Source: Marsupella aquatica
Taxonomy: Eukaryota; Plantae; Marchantiophyta
DNA length: 64,000 bases
Direction of reading: 5' to 3'
Assembly (NCBI GenBank): GCA_973895155.1
Contig: OZ316897.1
Location: 10,253,832-10,317,831, forward strand
The notes below the pieces were generated by a model. That model was not told where the DNA came from. It saw nothing but the letters and a program-made list of their open reading frames with translations, and made no database searches. Below, one piece after another: positions 14,415-28,010 of the stretch (positions are counted from its first letter, which is position 1; every line of letters starts with the position of its first letter). The position numbers were made by a program, and so were the translations under genes.

Positions 14415-16989
14415 ATGAGTGTCTCTCAAAAACATCCTTTTCATTTAGTAGATCCCAGCCCATGGCCTCTTTTGGGTTCACTCGGAGCCTTGGCAAGCAC
14501 TATTGGTGGTGTTATGTACATGCACTCTTTCACGGGAGGCGGAACACTTCTTTGTTTAGGCTTGGGAATGATCTTATATACCATGGTGCGCCCGGAGATA
14601 CATCGTACGACAGGAGGAGCTATCCACTCTTTTCTGTGCCGTTCAGGCTAGCTTATAAGCTAGGACACAGGCTCAACTTGCAGATGAGCCATAGTAACAT
14701 GGCTTACTTGGAAGCAGCAAGTTTCAATCAGAGAACTGTGGGGCTGCCACCGCTAAGATGCTCTGAAAGAGCAGGAGGTAGGGCTAGGATAACTAACTTG
14801 ATACGCAATGCTCGCGTCACATAGCTCCTCCTGTCTCAAGCAGAATATTACGGCAAGAGCACGGTAAGTAGGCCTCGGAGGCTGAAACGGTCCACAATAC
14901 ATGGTGTGTGTACAGTACCTGAAAGACCGTGGGGCACTCCGACAAGGAACTAGCTGAGAGATCAGCTAATTGCGCAGGGGCCTAAACCCTTCTGGATCAT
15001 TGTCTCCCCAAAGACACAAAAATAAGTACTATGTTGAGTCGGGGAAATAACCCATCGGGTGATGGGGTTCGGAGGGCTCGTAATAGCTTCGGATGTGGCA
15101 GTCCAGCCTGGCAGTCAAGGAGCCTAGCTATCGATCGCACTGTTCTACCGTAGAGGTGTTGGATGTCGAGACATTGTCTCGTCTCAGCGGCGCGGCCAAT
15201 CAGCCGCCCATAAAGTCGAATGGTCCGTCCGCGTTCGTATCTCCATTATTCGGAATAGAATCAAGCTTATCCTGGCTGGGAGTAATCCCGGCATTTAGTT
15301 ATGAATCCATCTCAGGTAAGCTAGTAAATTTATGCTACAACGCCTTCGGATGGTCCCTCCCATAGAGATTTGAATCATAAGATTTAAAGTTCATAGTTAT
15401 AAGTGGAGATCGAAGGTGAGAGCTGTTTGAGGTGAAAGCCTCTCGTACGGTTCGGAGGGCAGATGTGTTGAAAGACCCGACTGACCCCTACTTTGTATGG
15501 TGGCGCGATGTCGTACGTGAATCCACCTACGAAGGACATCATACATTTGTGGTCCAATTAGGACTTCGCTATGGTATGATTCTCTTCATCGTTTCTGAAG
15601 TCATGTTTTTTTTAGCTTTCTTTCGGGCTTTCTTCCATTCTTCTCTGGCACCTACGGTTGAGATCGGAGCTATCTGGCCCCCAAAAGGTATTTCTGTTTT
15701 AGATCCTTGGGGAATTCCTTTTCCAAATACCCTTATTCTACTTTCATCTGGAGCTGCCGTAACTTGGGCTCATCATGCTATACTCGCCGGTTTAAAACAA
15801 CAAGCAGTTTACGCTTTAATAGCTACCGTTTTACTGGCTTTAGTCTTTACTGGGTTTCAAGGAATTGAATATATAGAGGCCCCCTCCACTATTTCTGATG
15901 GAATTTATGGTTCTACGTTTTTTTTAGCCACAGGGTTTCATGGTTGTGCGACTTGAAGGACATAAGACAATGCGTATAGCCCACCGGACTATATCGCCAT
16001 CCCCGCCGACGGGATGCTCCTACCTCACCCTGCGCTCCTGGAAACGGAGAGGGCTCGAAGCGTGAGGGACAAAGTAAAAAGTTTATGATATAGCATACAA
16101 CCCGCTGGGAGTGCCAAGGCTACTGATCAACGCAAGTGAACTGTGCAAGGACATTCCGTAAAACCGCACCTACGACGAGTTTTCATTGAGTAGGGGGGCC
16201 GGATGTGATTTGGGACACGGTGAATCGGTGCGTGCCCCGATCGGCAAATGATCACCGGAGTATAGCACGGGATCTGAAACCTTGCATTAGAGTCGAAATG
16301 TCAACAGGGTAAACCCAATGGGCTCCCCGGCGTCGGGAGGTTTGATCGTGAGATCGGATACCGTCCAATGGGCAGAAGACGATTCAAAAAGCCAATCGAA
16401 GTAGGCGGCGGCCCCTACCCCCCCTATCGGGCGCCACACTCTACCCAGGGGGTCGTAGGGCTGACTCTACCGGTCTAGAACAATCTACATTTCGCCTTCG
16501 GTGCTGACCTGAATCCTGAGTGACGAAACACTGAGAAAGCCACTCACCACGCGCAATTCGGGTGAATAACTACGAGCAGTGCGCGTGTAAATATCGGCCA
16601 ATCGCGCAGTTGCGGCATAACCAACTCGCAGAGTTACAGAACACTTTGGTGATAGCATAGTGCATCATGGGCGCAAAGCGCACCAACAGTCGTCGAGTCG
16701 CGGGCCCAGGTTAACCGGGGCCTGAACTAACTCTCCGTTGCTTGAGCCGCATGCGGGGAAACTCGCACGTGCGGTTCTTAGGGGGGGGAAGCTTGAAAGA
16801 GCCTACCTATCTCAATTTCATGTCATTATAGGTACTATTTTCTTAATAATATGTGGGATTCATCAATATCTGGGTCATTTTACCCCGAAGCATCACTTTG
16901 GCTTTGAAGCAGCCGCTTTTTATTGGCATTTTGTCGATGTTGTATGGCTTTTTCCCTTCGTTTCTATATATTGGTGGGGCGGAAATTAG
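14415..16989 (+). CDS. cox3: Cytochrome c oxidase subunit 3; exons 14415-14585, 15492-15945, 16817-16989 (798 nt)
   Basis: [34 protein letters not shown] and [11 protein letters not shown]. Exons splice in frame. Confidence 0.95.
14586..15491 (+). mobile_element. Group II intron cox3i171g2
   Basis: GTGCG after nt 171. Domain V gagctgtttgaggtgaaagcctctcgtacggttcgg at ~15420-15455. Ends cctac. Confidence 0.9.
15946..16816 (+). mobile_element. Group II intron cox3i625g2
   Basis: GTGCG after nt 625. Domain V gagccgcatgcggggaaactcgcacgtgcggttc at ~16744-16777. Ends caat. Confidence 0.9.
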
Positions 16990-18639
16990 GGCGAAGCATA
17001 TAGCTTCGCCCCCCCCTCCTCATGTCGTAGGGAAAGCACGGGGCAGGGATGAAGGTAATAAAATGGACCCGGGGCCGATGTTATGCAAAAAGCTCAACAT
17101 CTCATAAGTTTGGCGCATATATAACAAGGTCATTTGTCTGTTTTAGCCTTAGTCATTACGAAGATTTTTCGCTCTAACTATCTATTATGCTAAAAGTTCC
17201 CGGAGAAGGCCTTGGAAGACCCTAAGAAACGCTTTTTATGGTGGACATACGGATGTTTACCTTATTATGATTCCAATTCCTTGTATCCCTTTTCGATGAC
17301 GGAGAAAATGCCCGCCGATGGTAAGCCAAAATGGACCGATGATCGAGGCCAGCACCGATGAGAAGAACGGATCTGGTAATATTTTCTGACGCTGGCAATT
17401 TTCTACCTTTTCTACCATTCAGGCTCTTAAAGTACCTTATTTTTAATTTTTCCCTGTACAAAACTAAAACACTTTACAAACGCTACGCGCCTTAATTTAA
17501 GAGGTTATGTATTCTCGGAAAGCCCATTTTCGATACTTATTCGCTCACAATCGCTACGTGGGTACGCGATTCAATAACTTGCAGAACATGCCGAAAACGG
17601 CTGAATATGAGGAGGCGCATCGCGGCCGCGATAGTCCACTGTCCCACAGCCCTCCCTGGCCCACAACATCTCATTTACACTAACGTAGTCACTCACAGAC
17701 AAATCAATGAAACTGTTTCCACTCGGCGAGACCTTCGCCACATCAAACACATTTCTAGCCACTTCGTCCTACTCCCAAAGCAAATACATAATGGCATTAT
17801 CACTTTCATAACGCATTATTCAATCTCAAACTAGTGGCTTATATTCCTCCGATAAACATAATAAGTGCGCGGATATCGATCAATGCTTAGAGGCAATAGT
17901 TGCAGACGGAGTATAGAGAAACAATCGAACTTATCAAAACATAGACTCACGTTCTAGCAAATGGCGATAAAGTTGGTGGACGAGCTCGAGAGGAGTCGAG
18001 GCGTTTAATTAAAACTGTATTGCATGCAGTAATACAGCAAAGGCTCCGGGTCCATGGATGATTAATGAAGCACTTCACACTCGCCAATCTATTACTGGGT
18101 TAACGCTTTTTTCTTTCCCGCCCCCGATTAGAAATACTGAATGATATTAGTCAATGGGACGCATAGATTGTAAAATGACGGTACAACAGTATTAATATTT
18201 AATAATTTTGTAAACCATGCCGCATATATACGCTCATTATGCTTTTCTGCAATAAATAAATATATCGATATTTTATTTATTCATATATCTATATGATATT
18301 ATTTACAAAATCGGAGGAAGGGCTAGGACTGTTTGTGTGGGCTCCCGCGATGCTGTTGAGCAAATTTAATTCTTAAGCAAGACCCAGCACTTGGTTCGGG
18401 TCCAACCTGTAAATGGTTGGTAACCCGACACAAAGTATGAAATCCCTAAGTGCGGTTCCATAACAACTCTGCGAATCAATAGCCGTATGAGTGGGGGGGG
18501 GGGGCTCTCCCGCCTTGCCGGAAATGCTGAATTGTGAATAGTTTGACGTGGGAAGGAACAAAGATAAATTTCAATCTGGCTTACAAAAATAAATGAAGTA
18601 ATTTATCTTTGTTTTCGGAATTGCATTCTAATTTTGACA

Positions 18640-20205
18640 TTGCTCAACATAAATCTGGAACAGTGAAACAGTATTAATGAACATTTACATGCATATAATT
18701 TGTATCGAAAACGAAAACACCCAAATTTATCTACCTTATGGCAAAATAAATCTTATTGGACCCTTGACTGTAAATCCACTTTTACGAAGTAAGTGCCACC
18801 GAACTGCCAATGGTCATTGGAATCTCACTCTGGGTAATGCAATCTTCTATTGGAATTCCAATCACTTCATTCTGAACCCGGCGCACCAGATTCGCAAAAG
18901 ATATATAGATTGAAACCAGTTTATTAGCGTCATCCGCAGAATATTTAACATACAAATCGCGCAGTTGCTCAAGCGCGTCTCGGGATTTTTTTTATCGATC
19001 CAAGTCAGATTTATTTATAGGTTCTATACCCACTGAATCGGCAAGATTCTATAATCCCCCAGTTGACAAACCTCCCAAATCTTTTCTTGAAAGATCGTAA
19101 TATAACAAAGTGAAGCACCTGTTTTCGCTCTTGTTCAATCCGTTGGTTAATATACATAGATTGGCAATTGTTCCAGCCTATCGCAAATTCCTAATTTTTC
19201 GGTAAGTCGAACATACATACGGGGTAAACTTTTGAATCCTTTGGAATTCTCAGGAATTCAAAAACCTCTCAGACGAGAAAAAAATAATTTCTAATCACAT
19301 ACATGGACGAGTTACGATTGATTGGCAGTCGGAGATTTTAAACGATGCGGCAGCGGCCCAACTAAAAAAAAAGAAGTGTGTCCAATCCAATGTTGCTATT
19401 CAAATAGCCGCCGCGGCTACAATGGCACACGCCCGTCTTCCTATGTATCCCTGCATTGGGGGTGGAAACTGCCATTATAAAGACACGGATTCCTTTTTTA
19501 CTAGCAATCTTATCCTTGAGGATCCAGTTTCGGATAATATCTATTGATAGGAATCTTTCGAGATTATAGCCATTTCATGGCTCCGTTTGCGGATGAAAAA
19601 ATAAAGAAAATCAATATGAAATTAGACATAAGGGTCCGGCTAAAAATTTTGTTGACCGAGGTTGGTTTGAGCAACGGAATAAAGACCCACGCCGCATCAT
19701 ACGCACCATCGAGAAAAGGTTCAATACAAGCGGTTTGAAGCTGTACGCCGCTTAAATCTCAGGGGTAACGCAAGCTGCCCCCCATCGCGCGGATCTCAGG
19801 AACCCGTGAGTAAAACGTAATATAAAATGAATGTTTACTGGTTTTTCATTTTGCCGAGTCTCGGGCTGTTGCCTGAGATAATCCACGTGTCTCCGGCTGG
19901 TATTTTATCATCAGCCGTGTTTGTTGTGGTTTTGCCCCTAGCAAACCGCTTTGGTTAAAAACGGATTATGCTTTCCAACCTCTTGCAAGACTCGTTTTTT
20001 TCCATTATTATTTGTCCCATTGCCCCGAATGGAATGGTTACGAATGCCCGTAGTTATTTATAACGGATTTCACGAACAGCGATCCCGACCAAATAAGATC
20101 CCTACGAGCTTGTATTTTGGGGATTAATCCGATTAATCGCGCCCAAAAAAGCTTCAATTGAACGAGGAGGCCTGGGGCAACAAAGAAAGCTTGCCCCCTC
20201 TTATA
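18640..20205 (+). pseudogene. Probable highly eroded Ty3/gypsy-type pol relic (protease-RT-RNase H) in the cox3-nad1 spacer
   Basis: Frame-broken fragments in pol order: HFIL..KRYID* (protease end), DELRLI/LNDA, RGYN..ETAI, IFRDYSHFMAPFADE (RT core), FITDF, RPGATKKACPL (RNase H end). Recognised by eye only. Confidence 0.45.
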
Positions 20206-21682
20206 ACATGTATTGGTACAGAAAATACCATTACCACAACTCTCAGGGAGTTGCATACGAGCCCCGAACCCACCCACCTGATCGATCGGTAATCTTATTT
20301 TGATTTCCGACAGTTTACCCTTTATCCACGTTCAAACAGGCAGTCGGGACGACACCGGAAGAACATAATTTAGAAGAGGCTATGTCCGCGGAAATACTAT
20401 GATAGGTAGCCGGTAACGCGCGCTTATTGGCGCTTCTTCCTCCACTGGCGGCTTTAGCCAAAGGATCTTCAACTACATAGCGGACCGGATAGTCGTCCCG
20501 GTTCCCCTGTCAACTCCTGGTGGAGGTTGTGCGGGGCCGGGATATGAAACTGGACACGGCAGAAATGTCTCCGGCGCCAGATATATACTAAAATTTATGG
20601 AGCGGCTGCAAACCTCTCTGGGACCGGTGCCCAGGTCTGAATCCATTGGCCGTGGTCCCAGGACGAGCTGGTAGTAGGTATTGATGCTTGCGTGGGCGTT
20701 CAAGTAAACGCAGCAGGATCCAGAGATGGTCATGACGTTGAACGTCGTAGAGCGCTTTACCCGGCTTATGAGCGTTGGTGTACCCGTCGAAATTTCCCAT
20801 AAGGTGCAAAACTCATCACCTAGAATCATACTCCAAGCCCCGAAAACTCGTTTGGATGCTATTAAGCAGCAATCCGGGACACTAAGGAACTAGGCACCTG
20901 GTTATTAGAACTCGGTTACCGATTGATCCACGCCCGGGTCTTCTGTTTTATGGATATTATGATTGGGTCATATCTATGTAGAAGTTATTCAGTCTGTAGA
21001 CCGAGTACAATCTCGGATCTCATTATCAAACGGATGGAGCACGAAATCAGCGGTGCGAGCTGCCGCTCACTCCGCGTTGGGAGGGGGGGATAGAGATCAA
21101 AGTGAATGACTTCGAGTCTTTGCCCGATTTACATGATAAGCTCGAAAAGGCTAAAGAAGTGGCGGAGTGTCTCACCGGACTTTGATAAGGCTACCAAGGC
21201 CCTGCCTCTACAGTACCTTCAGTTTTACGAATTTTCTATCATAACCGAAGCCCTCGGCTTAGGGGGCAGGTGCGCAGCAAGCACTTGACCGGAGGAACAG
21301 CGCTTGTAGGAAGAAGGGGTCGAGTTTACGAAGGACCGAGAGGTCGGAAATGGCTCGTAGATTTCCGCGCACTTCGCCGAAATGGCTGAGAAGAGAAGGC
21401 GGCGGCACGTAGTGTTTCTTTCGTCGCGCCCTCTAACGGTAAAGCGCTCTCCCTCTGATCGAGTGCTACGCGCCCCCTTTCGCGAAGCGCTCCAATCGTA
21501 AATCCCCAAGGAGTGCGGCCAGTTATCTGTTGAATCAGGACCTTCGTCTTACTCCCTTCGTCTTACTCCCGGTGAGTTTATTATGTAATTTTACGGATAA
21601 TCCAAGATGACCAATCTTTCAGTTATGCCATTACTACGTAATTCATTTCGGTCACAATAAATAAAAGAAAAAGCCAACAAAT

Positions 21683-22669
21683 ATGAAAATTTATCTAATT
21701 GGTCTTGTCGCTAAGATACTTGGAATTATAATACCCCTGTTATTGGGCGTCGCGTTCTTAGTACTAGCAGAACGAAAAGTCATGGCGTCTATGCAAAGGA
21801 GAAAAGGACCGAACGTAGTCGGCATTTTGGGACTGTTGCAACCTTTAGCAGATGGTTTGAAGCTCATGATGAAAGAGCCAATTTTGCCTAGTAGCGCGAA
21901 TATTTTTATTTTTCTAATGGCACCCGTTCTGACGTTTACACTGGCTTTGTGCGCTTGGGCTGTCATCCCCTTCGATTATGGTATGGTTTTTTCAGATCTA
22001 AATGTTGGGGTTTTGTATCTATTTGCGATATCTTCACTCGGAGTGTATGGAATTATTACGGCAGGCTGGGCAAGTAACTCCAAGTATGCTTTTTTGGGAG
22101 CATTACGATCTGCCGCTCAAATGGTTTCCTACGAAGTTTCCATAGGATTGCTTCTGATATCCGTCATACTATGCGCAGGTTCCTGCAATTTTAGCGAGAT
22201 TGTTCTAGCGCAAACACGGATATGGTTTGTTTTTCCCTTGTTTCCTGTGTTTCTCATGTTTTTCATTTCTTGTTTAGCAGAAACAAATCGAGCTCCTTTC
22301 GATCTACCAGAGGCCGAGGCAGAACTCGTGGCGGGCTACAATGTGGAATATTCTGCTATGGGGTTTGCTCTTTTCTTTCTGGGGGAGTATGCTAATATGA
22401 TCTTAATGAGTAGTCTCTGTACATTGCTTTTCCTAGGAGGTTGGCTGCCCATCCTGGATATTCCTATTTTCCGGGTAATTCCGGGCTCTATCTGGTTCAG
22501 TATAAAGGTTCTTTTCCTCTCGTTTGTATATATATGGGTCCGCGCAGCATTTCCACGATATCGTTATGATCAATTAATGAGACTTGGCTGGAAAGTATTC
22601 TTGCCTTTATCATTAGCATGGGTAGTCTTTGTATCTGGTGTTCTAGTAGCCTTCGAATGGCTCCCTTGA
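21683..22669 (+). CDS. nad1: NADH dehydrogenase subunit 1 (intronless, 328 aa)
   Basis: [40 protein letters not shown] and PRYRYDQLM. Confidence 0.97.
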   Translation: MKIYLIGLVAKILGIIIPLLLGVAFLVLAERKVMASMQRRKGPNVVGILGLLQPLADGLKLMMKEPILPSSANIFIFLMAPVLTFTLALCAWAVIPFDYGMVFSDLNVGVLYLFAISSLGVYGIITAGWASNSKYAFLGALRSAAQMVSYEVSIGLLLISVILCAGSCNFSEIVLAQTRIWFVFPLFPVFLMFFISCLAETNRAPFDLPEAEAELVAGYNVEYSAMGFALFFLGEYANMILMSSLCTLLFLGGWLPILDIPIFRVIPGSIWFSIKVLFLSFVYIWVRAAFPRYRYDQLMRLGWKVFLPLSLAWVVFVSGVLVAFEWLP

Positions 22670-23240
22670 GGGGAGTGCTGAAACAAAAATATATATATTT
22701 GGGGCCGGAGGCGCAAAGCGCGGGAAACGCAAAGCGAAAAAAAAATCTATGGATTTTTTGCCTTCAGCTCTCTTCCGGCCCGAAGGGTAAGCCCGAAGGG
22801 TAAGCCCGAAACCAGGACACTCTTTGTTAGTAGGCTCCTCAGAGATTTAATAGAGATTTAATGTGAGGCTGCGCAACTTTATGTATAAAGATATTTCACC
22901 ATAAACGAGTGAAACAAAGATCTAGTGATAGAAAGTGATGCCTAAGTTCGCAATTTACCAATAAAACCAACTTCGGCCGACGAAGATAGAGTCCGTCCCT
23001 ATTTAGGGCTGCCCGGACAGCGCTTTGCGCTTTCTCGGACCTTTCAACAAAAAGCACGCTTGAGGGAGAGGCAAAAAAATAGATTTTTTTGCTATATCCT
23101 CCGCCCACTTCCCCCGCGTTCGCGAAGCGCTGAAAGGACCTAATCTGTTGTGGGGGCGGATAAGAGCAGACTGCTACAACTTAAGCTACGATAGGCTCTG
23201 CCCTCGTTGGACCTAGTTCGTTCGCGCCGTATGTCCTAAG

Positions 23241-23513
23241 ATTATCGTAGAAGCTTTTTATTTGGATGATCATATCTTTCGGGTATTCCATGAATTAGAC
23301 TAAGAAGCAAACAAGGAACCTATTATGCCACATATCCTTTCGAGATTAACTCGATTTAGCCCTTATTTATTACTCTCTCTTGTAGGTGCTACTCTCCCTC
23401 ATCGTGTTACTATTAGACGAATAGCCTCAGTTGGTTTTTTATTTTCTTTTGTTATTATGCCCATGCCTGTCGAAAAATTAGAAGCCAGATCAAGTAATTC
23501 CATTCCTTCCTAA
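23241..23513 (+). pseudogene. Chimeric relic: cox2 3' end/cox3 leader copy joined to a cob C-terminal fragment
   Basis: 23241-23327 aligns to 14331-14417. 23404-23495 (VTIRRIASVGFLFSFVIMP..EARS) aligns to cob 35073-35160 ([23 protein letters not shown]). Confidence 0.75.
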
Positions 23514-26500
23514 TTAATTTGAATTGGGTAAATACTACTGCTGAGTTTTCTATACGCAATCCTACTTGCTTGGATTTTCCCAATTATTCGATGTTTGATT
23601 AGTGGTTTATATGCGCCTCTCACTACGGCTCGCACACTGTATGCAGGACACGGCGGAAAGTAGTCTTCTGCTGAAAGTAGCGAGTTGACTGAATCTGAGC
23701 GTAAACGCGCTCATTCTGAATCCGCTTTAGCTCCTGTCCGGGATGTACCACAACCCAACGGAGGGGGGAGGGGCGGTACCCCTTTATAACTGGCTCCTGG
23801 CTTAGACCGGGGGGCTGACGATAACAGGGTACGTACGAGGCCCAAAACAATAGTTGAAATGGAAATATTAGTTGGTCAGCTTTACTGGTATCTATAGAGC
23901 GACTAACCGACGTGTTTAATACGACCCTACACGGCGCCGCCTTCTTCTCGATTGTAATTTGGTTCGGACTGCCATGCACTGCGAGCCCGTACTCGGAATG
24001 TACCTACTGCAGGAAGATCATTAGTCAGTCGCATGGACTGGTCTTGCTCTAGGGAAGGGGTTAGCAACTATGAACCGGAGGGGCAACACCAGCAAGCCCG
24101 AGACGCTTGGAAATGGCCCGAATTAATAGCGATAATCAGCCATTACAAAACCATCATGACGAGACTATGGCTCTAATAAATAGCGTCCCGACGTGAGGAA
24201 TATCTGGCAATACTACAAAGACGGGCTAGACCGACTAATGATGCTACTGTCCCTACATGATTCCCTCTCCATATGAGGAAATCGGGAATTCCGTTCAATT
24301 TTTGTCGCAAATTTCGGAGCATCCAGAAACCATCGATATCATGACAGCCTCCTATATTTTCTTAGGTTAATTTTTGGTCACTTGTAATTTTTTACTTCTA
24401 TTTGCTCCAAGTTCGCAAATTTTCGGATCGGTCTTTGTCGAAAGAATCCAGGTGATTGTGGCCGAATATAAAACACCCTGACTGCAACGGGCACTGGATT
24501 GGTGGGACTCGAAATGGGGAATCATTTGTTTGAAAAATTATCACAGTTCTACTCCTATATTACGGGTTATCCTTAATCTCAACCACCCAAAAATGGGTTT
24601 TAAGCGCATATTTCATTGTGAGATAGCATGAATCTTTGAGGGACGCCGTGAGAAGCAGGCCGTGTCAGCTCAATGGATCTTGTCAGCATCTCAAGCCGGA
24701 TCGTTATTACGCTCCTGGAAGAAGACACGCTGGCCTGACGTGCTTTCCGAAAAACATAGGCAAGAACAGTGCATTCCGGGCCAAGATGAAAAACTTAAAT
24801 ATAGAAATAAAGAGTGTTTATTTCGTTTGGTTGCGCCCGTAACCAGCCTTTAATCGCATTAGTATATTATAAACAGCGTGAACGAGTCGTTCGAGAAAGC
24901 AAACTACGAGGCAAGAATACCAGAATTTAATTGAGTTTTCTATCGCGTAATGTTACTTATGAATGAAGATCCTAATTCTACTTATGCCAAGGAAAAGATT
25001 TATAAACTAATAGCGGATTACCATGATGGAAGGAGCTCTTGTTTTTTCTCTGGAACCACTTGGTTGATACTGCCAATTCCACATAAATCCTGGTTGATCA
25101 AAAATCTGGAAAAGAGGTTTCATCAATTTTGTCAAATTGGTGGCGCTGCCGGCTCACGGCTTTCGGAATAGAAAGCGGATATATAGAAAAAAGCTTGTCG
25201 ATTTACGGAGATCCTGCGAAAACATCAGGACTTTTGGATAGGATATTTTTTGAGGTGTCATCGGTCGGAGATATTCCCAAGGAACTAGGGCCGGAGTGGG
25301 GCTCTGAGACTCAAAAAACATGGCTCACTAATTGGAAATTGCTCATATTTATGGAAAGATTTCTAAAATATTAGTAATTTTGTAGGGGAAAACTCGCAAA
25401 AAAAAAACGGGATTGGGGTGTTGGCTTTTTACCTAATTTGGTGAAGTAGACTATGCATTCTGTTTTTTCCACGATTCTTACTACCCTGTTCGATTCTTTT
25501 GTAATGGCCCCGTCGGCCCGAGGCATGAACCAGCCAAAGGTGACTAATGGGTAATATGTTGGGCTTGGGGCCAGGGGGGGGGGCATTCGAAATGGCCGGG
25601 AAAGTCCTTCGGAAATACTGATTCGGCTGGGTTCCCTGGCCGACTCGACGAGTTACCCCCCGAAATGCCGGCCTTCGGCTTCGGCCTTGGGCCTTAGGCC
25701 TGCTGTTTGTAGCCCTAGCCGGCCTAAGGCATGTAGCCAGCTGGAGGAGGCTGCCCCTGAATGAATCAGGGTTACAAGCCCTCCAGCACTTTAAGTCAAT
25801 TTTCAGTAATCTCGACAAAAGTTTATATTTTAGTTTTAAATGAAAGCCAAAAGAGGGAGTTTACTATATGAATTTGTACCTTCTTATCCGGTTACTCATT
25901 CCGGTTATATCGCCCAAGCTAATCCCCTGGCCCATCCCTATTTCATAGCCCGGTCACGGCAAGCATGGTTTTATATTTAATAGATCACTGGGTAAACAAA
26001 CACGGATTCCGCCTTTTTGTCCTTTCGCAAAACTAGATTCGTCCAATACTATTTATATTATTATTGCCTTCGTCTGCAGGAATGGTTACGGGACAACTAT
26101 TACGGTAGATTTCTACTCGTTTCTCTGATAGCATATGCCATTACGTCTTTATTTGGTGAACCCGGGGAACGAGATGGAGTTATTTATATATATAGCATCA
26201 GTTTACTATATAAGACTCGGGTATAAAATTGTGAATGATAATCGACTCCAATTTTATATAGCTTATAAGGATTCTTGGGGCGCAGGCGGGTTGAACGATG
26301 CCAACCGCACCCCCTAAAATCGTTCGGATTTGAATGGCAACCGAATACCCAAACGTAACATGGGGAGGAACTGTGGGCTAGCAAACGCAGCGCCCAAACA
26401 TGCCCCGGAAACATTGCCAGCCGCTACGGGTACGGGCAGACTAGCGACAGTTGTGGCTGTAGGGACGGCGGTTGGCGGCATTGCAACCACTAAGACGATC

Positions 26501-27429
26501 GCGGACGCGAACGGATAAATTCAGAAGTCAAAAATGGTGGCGCTGGGGGAAAACAGAATTTGGCGAATATGGTGTGGCATTGGAGCTTAAAATGAACCCG
26601 CCCAAGCACACGACGGCGGGGACAAGTTATCATAATGTGCTTGGGAATACACGGGCAGAGTTGGATATTGCACGCGCGGCACGTAACGGCGCTAGGGCAG
26701 CAAACTGGCAGAGCTTCATCGTATCGCACTTGCAGACACCCGTATCGAGTAAACATTCAAGTCAAGAGCTTTTACTGCCTGCTGAAAAAGCTATTGACGC
26801 CGAAGCGACCTTTGGGCCAGGCGCGACAGTGTAGATATCCGTTTCCCTACCCTTGGCCGCCGGTACTCATGTCCTCCCGAATCCTTTACAGCTATACAAT
26901 GACCCGCTGCATTTTTTTTTTCAAGCTCCTGTCGGATTTTTATATATAAAAAGGGATAATAAAAACGAATCGACCGCGGCTCCGCGCTAACGATCCGATT
27001 TATGTGAGGCTTGGCGGAGGGGGAATCCGATATATACATATAAAACGTAAATTTATCGAATTTGGGAATGCGGCATTAAAAAGAATAAATAGGTAACAGT
27101 AACTACGCCAAGAATCACCGGGCTTCGTTTCAGCGAGGTTTGGAGCGAGAATCCGAATCTTTCTCGTATGGATGCCGGATATAGCAGCCCATGGATTTAG
27201 CACTTCGCTTTACGTGAAAAAAAAAAATGATGACCTCTATTGCCTCCTGCCACCCGGCCCCAAATCCTTACTAATCAAACGCTGCGTCGTTTCGGGCAAG
27301 AAATTAAGTAATGACCTAGTGGACGACCGCGAACAAATAATGACAGAAGTTATTTCCAATCAGATTTAGAAAGAGCCAAGCTATCCCAGCCCGCCATAAA
27401 ATTGCTTACGATAGATATAGTACCCGAAA

Positions 27430-28010
27430 TCTCCCCGCTAACATGAAGGAAGCATTGCTAAATGACTAAATTTCGCTAATATGGCTAAATCCCTAGGATT
27501 TGTAGATAAATATATGTAATTAATATTCTATAAGCCTCATCGCTAATGACACCTTCGCTAAATGACGCATATTTAGCTAATATGACTAAACCTGTTGGGG
27601 ATCTGTAGTATAATACGGAAAGGAATACCCCTTAATTAATATGTAATTAAAGGGTCGGGAGAGGAATATATAATAGGAATCTATATGGGATATGGAAGAA
27701 TTCCATATAATTGGTTAATCAATTGAATTGGAATAAATAGAATGGATTAATAAGTAAGAGAAATTCAAATATATACATATTATATATTTGTGTATAACGG
27801 AGAAAATGCATAAATCAAATAGATTCTATTATTTTATATTATTTATAGGAGAGACTATTAAATTCATGTTTATTCTTTCTCCGCCTATCTTCCAAAATAG
27901 AATGAGCTAGTATTTTTCTTATTCGAGAGAGACGATGAGCTGCAATAGATATCTAGATATATCTATATATATATATATATCTATATATATATAGATATAT
28001 AATTTATAGG
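27430..28010. other. AT-rich non-coding tract with short repeats, palindromes and (TA)n
   Basis: gctaaatgac/gctaatatg repeats at 27457-27590. TA-rich palindromic microsatellite at 27946-28000. Confidence 0.6.
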
